Below, in pieces: positions 23,823 to 24,508 of a stretch of 24,508 nucleotides of DNA. Origin of the DNA: a virus (taxonomy: Duplodnaviria; Caudoviricetes); IMG/VR virus record IMGVR_UViG_3300043270_000039, positions 1-24,508 of that record; one strand, given 5' to 3'. The notes under the pieces are model-generated. The model was not told the origin of the DNA. It searched no databases and was given only the letters and a program-made list of their open reading frames with translations. The first letter of the stretch is position 1; every line of letters starts with the position of its first letter. The translations under genes and the position numbers were made by a program.

Positions 23823-24508
23823 GACGCCTCCCCGCCGGCGACCCCGCCGGCGACGTCGTCGTCGACGAGCGGGCCGACGGCCATGCCGTCCGGCGGGTCC
23901 TCGACGACGGGCTGCGGGGTGGGCTCGACGGCGGGCTCGAGGACCTCGCCGGTGACCGGGTCGGCGGCCGGCTCCTCGGCGGCCGCCGGCGCCGCCGGTG
24001 GGGTCTCGGTGGCGATCCGCTCGGCCGCGGCCCGCGCGCGCAGGGTCTCGGCGAGGTACTCCGACGACGTCGGCACCCACGGCTCCAGGCGGTGCGCGGC
24101 GGTCTTGAGGACCATCGCCCCGGGGTCGGACTGCCACGGGCTGAACGCCTTGTCCGCCGTGCTCGACGCCGCCTTCGCGCGCTCGATCTCCTTCGGCCCG
24201 ACGATCACGACCTTGGAGGTCGTCCCGCCGCGCAGCACCGCGTAGGCGTAGGCGCCGAGGATGTCGCCGCGGTCGGACCACCAGTCGACGGAGTGGTGCG
24301 GGCGCTCGTCGGCGCCGGGGTCGAAGCGGAACCCGTCGTTGGCGCACACCAGCTCGACGCGGATCGACTCGACGGCGCCGGCCCGGTACATGCGCTCGAT
24401 GACGCCCCGGTAGCCCTCGATGCCGAGGACGCCGGGGTCCTTGCCGTAGCGGGGCGTCAGGTAGTAGTTCTCGGTGCCCGGCAGGTGGCCGAGGCGGGCG
24501 GAGTCGCG
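23819..24508 (-). CDS. recT: RecT-family single-strand annealing recombinase, 5'-truncated by the window edge
   Basis: Frame is open to the edge: ARLGHLPG..YYLTPR...GIEGYRGVIERMYRAG, V.ANDGF, RG...GAYAYA, SPWQSD..AMVLKTA; acidic Pro-rich tail with DPVTGEV. Confidence 0.9.
   Translation of the reverse strand, partial: RDSARLGHLPGTENYYLTPRYGKDPGVLGIEGYRGVIERMYRAGAVESIRVELVCANDGFRFDPGADERPHHSVDWWSDRGDILGAYAYAVLRGGTTSKVVIVGPKEIERAKAASSTADKAFSPWQSDPGAMVLKTAAHRLEPWVPTSSEYLAETLRARAAAERIATETPPAAPAAAEEPAADPVTGEVLEPAVEPTPQPVVEDPPDGMAVGPLVDDDVAGGVAGGEAS

Larger units (their letters stand above)
1..24508 (-). mobile_element. Siphovirus-like (pro)phage region of a high-GC actinobacterium; extends beyond both window edges
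   Basis: Co-oriented recT, rusA, replication initiator, HNH, terS, terL, portal, protease/capsid, tail tube, chaperone, tape measure and tail-tip genes in canonical order, many translationally coupled (ATGA/GTGA overlaps). Confidence 0.96.

Overview
Very GC-rich, actinobacterial-type siphovirus-like (pro)phage segment, transcribed almost entirely on the - strand. From right to left it holds an early/replication module (partial RecT, several small coupled ORFs, a J-domain protein, RusA, a catalytically headless DNA-MTase chimera, and a replication initiator carrying an internal iteron array) and a putative late regulator. Next come HNH, TerS, TerL and portal, then a prohead protease that runs without a stop into the HK97-type major capsid gene. 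These are followed by the adaptor, tail terminator, two paralogous tail-tube genes, a neck protein, a tail assembly chaperone with a -1 frameshift, the tape measure protein, a large tail-tip protein and a small tail protein. Two accessory cassettes sit on the + strand, each behind an AT-richer palindrome: a HicA-like toxin plus a HicB-like/AlpA-HTH partner at the left end, and an uncharacterised 146-aa moron gene between the late regulator and the HNH. No integrase, att site, recognisable lysis gene, RNA gene or CRISPR array is visible. All family calls come from motif recognition and synteny, not from database searches.
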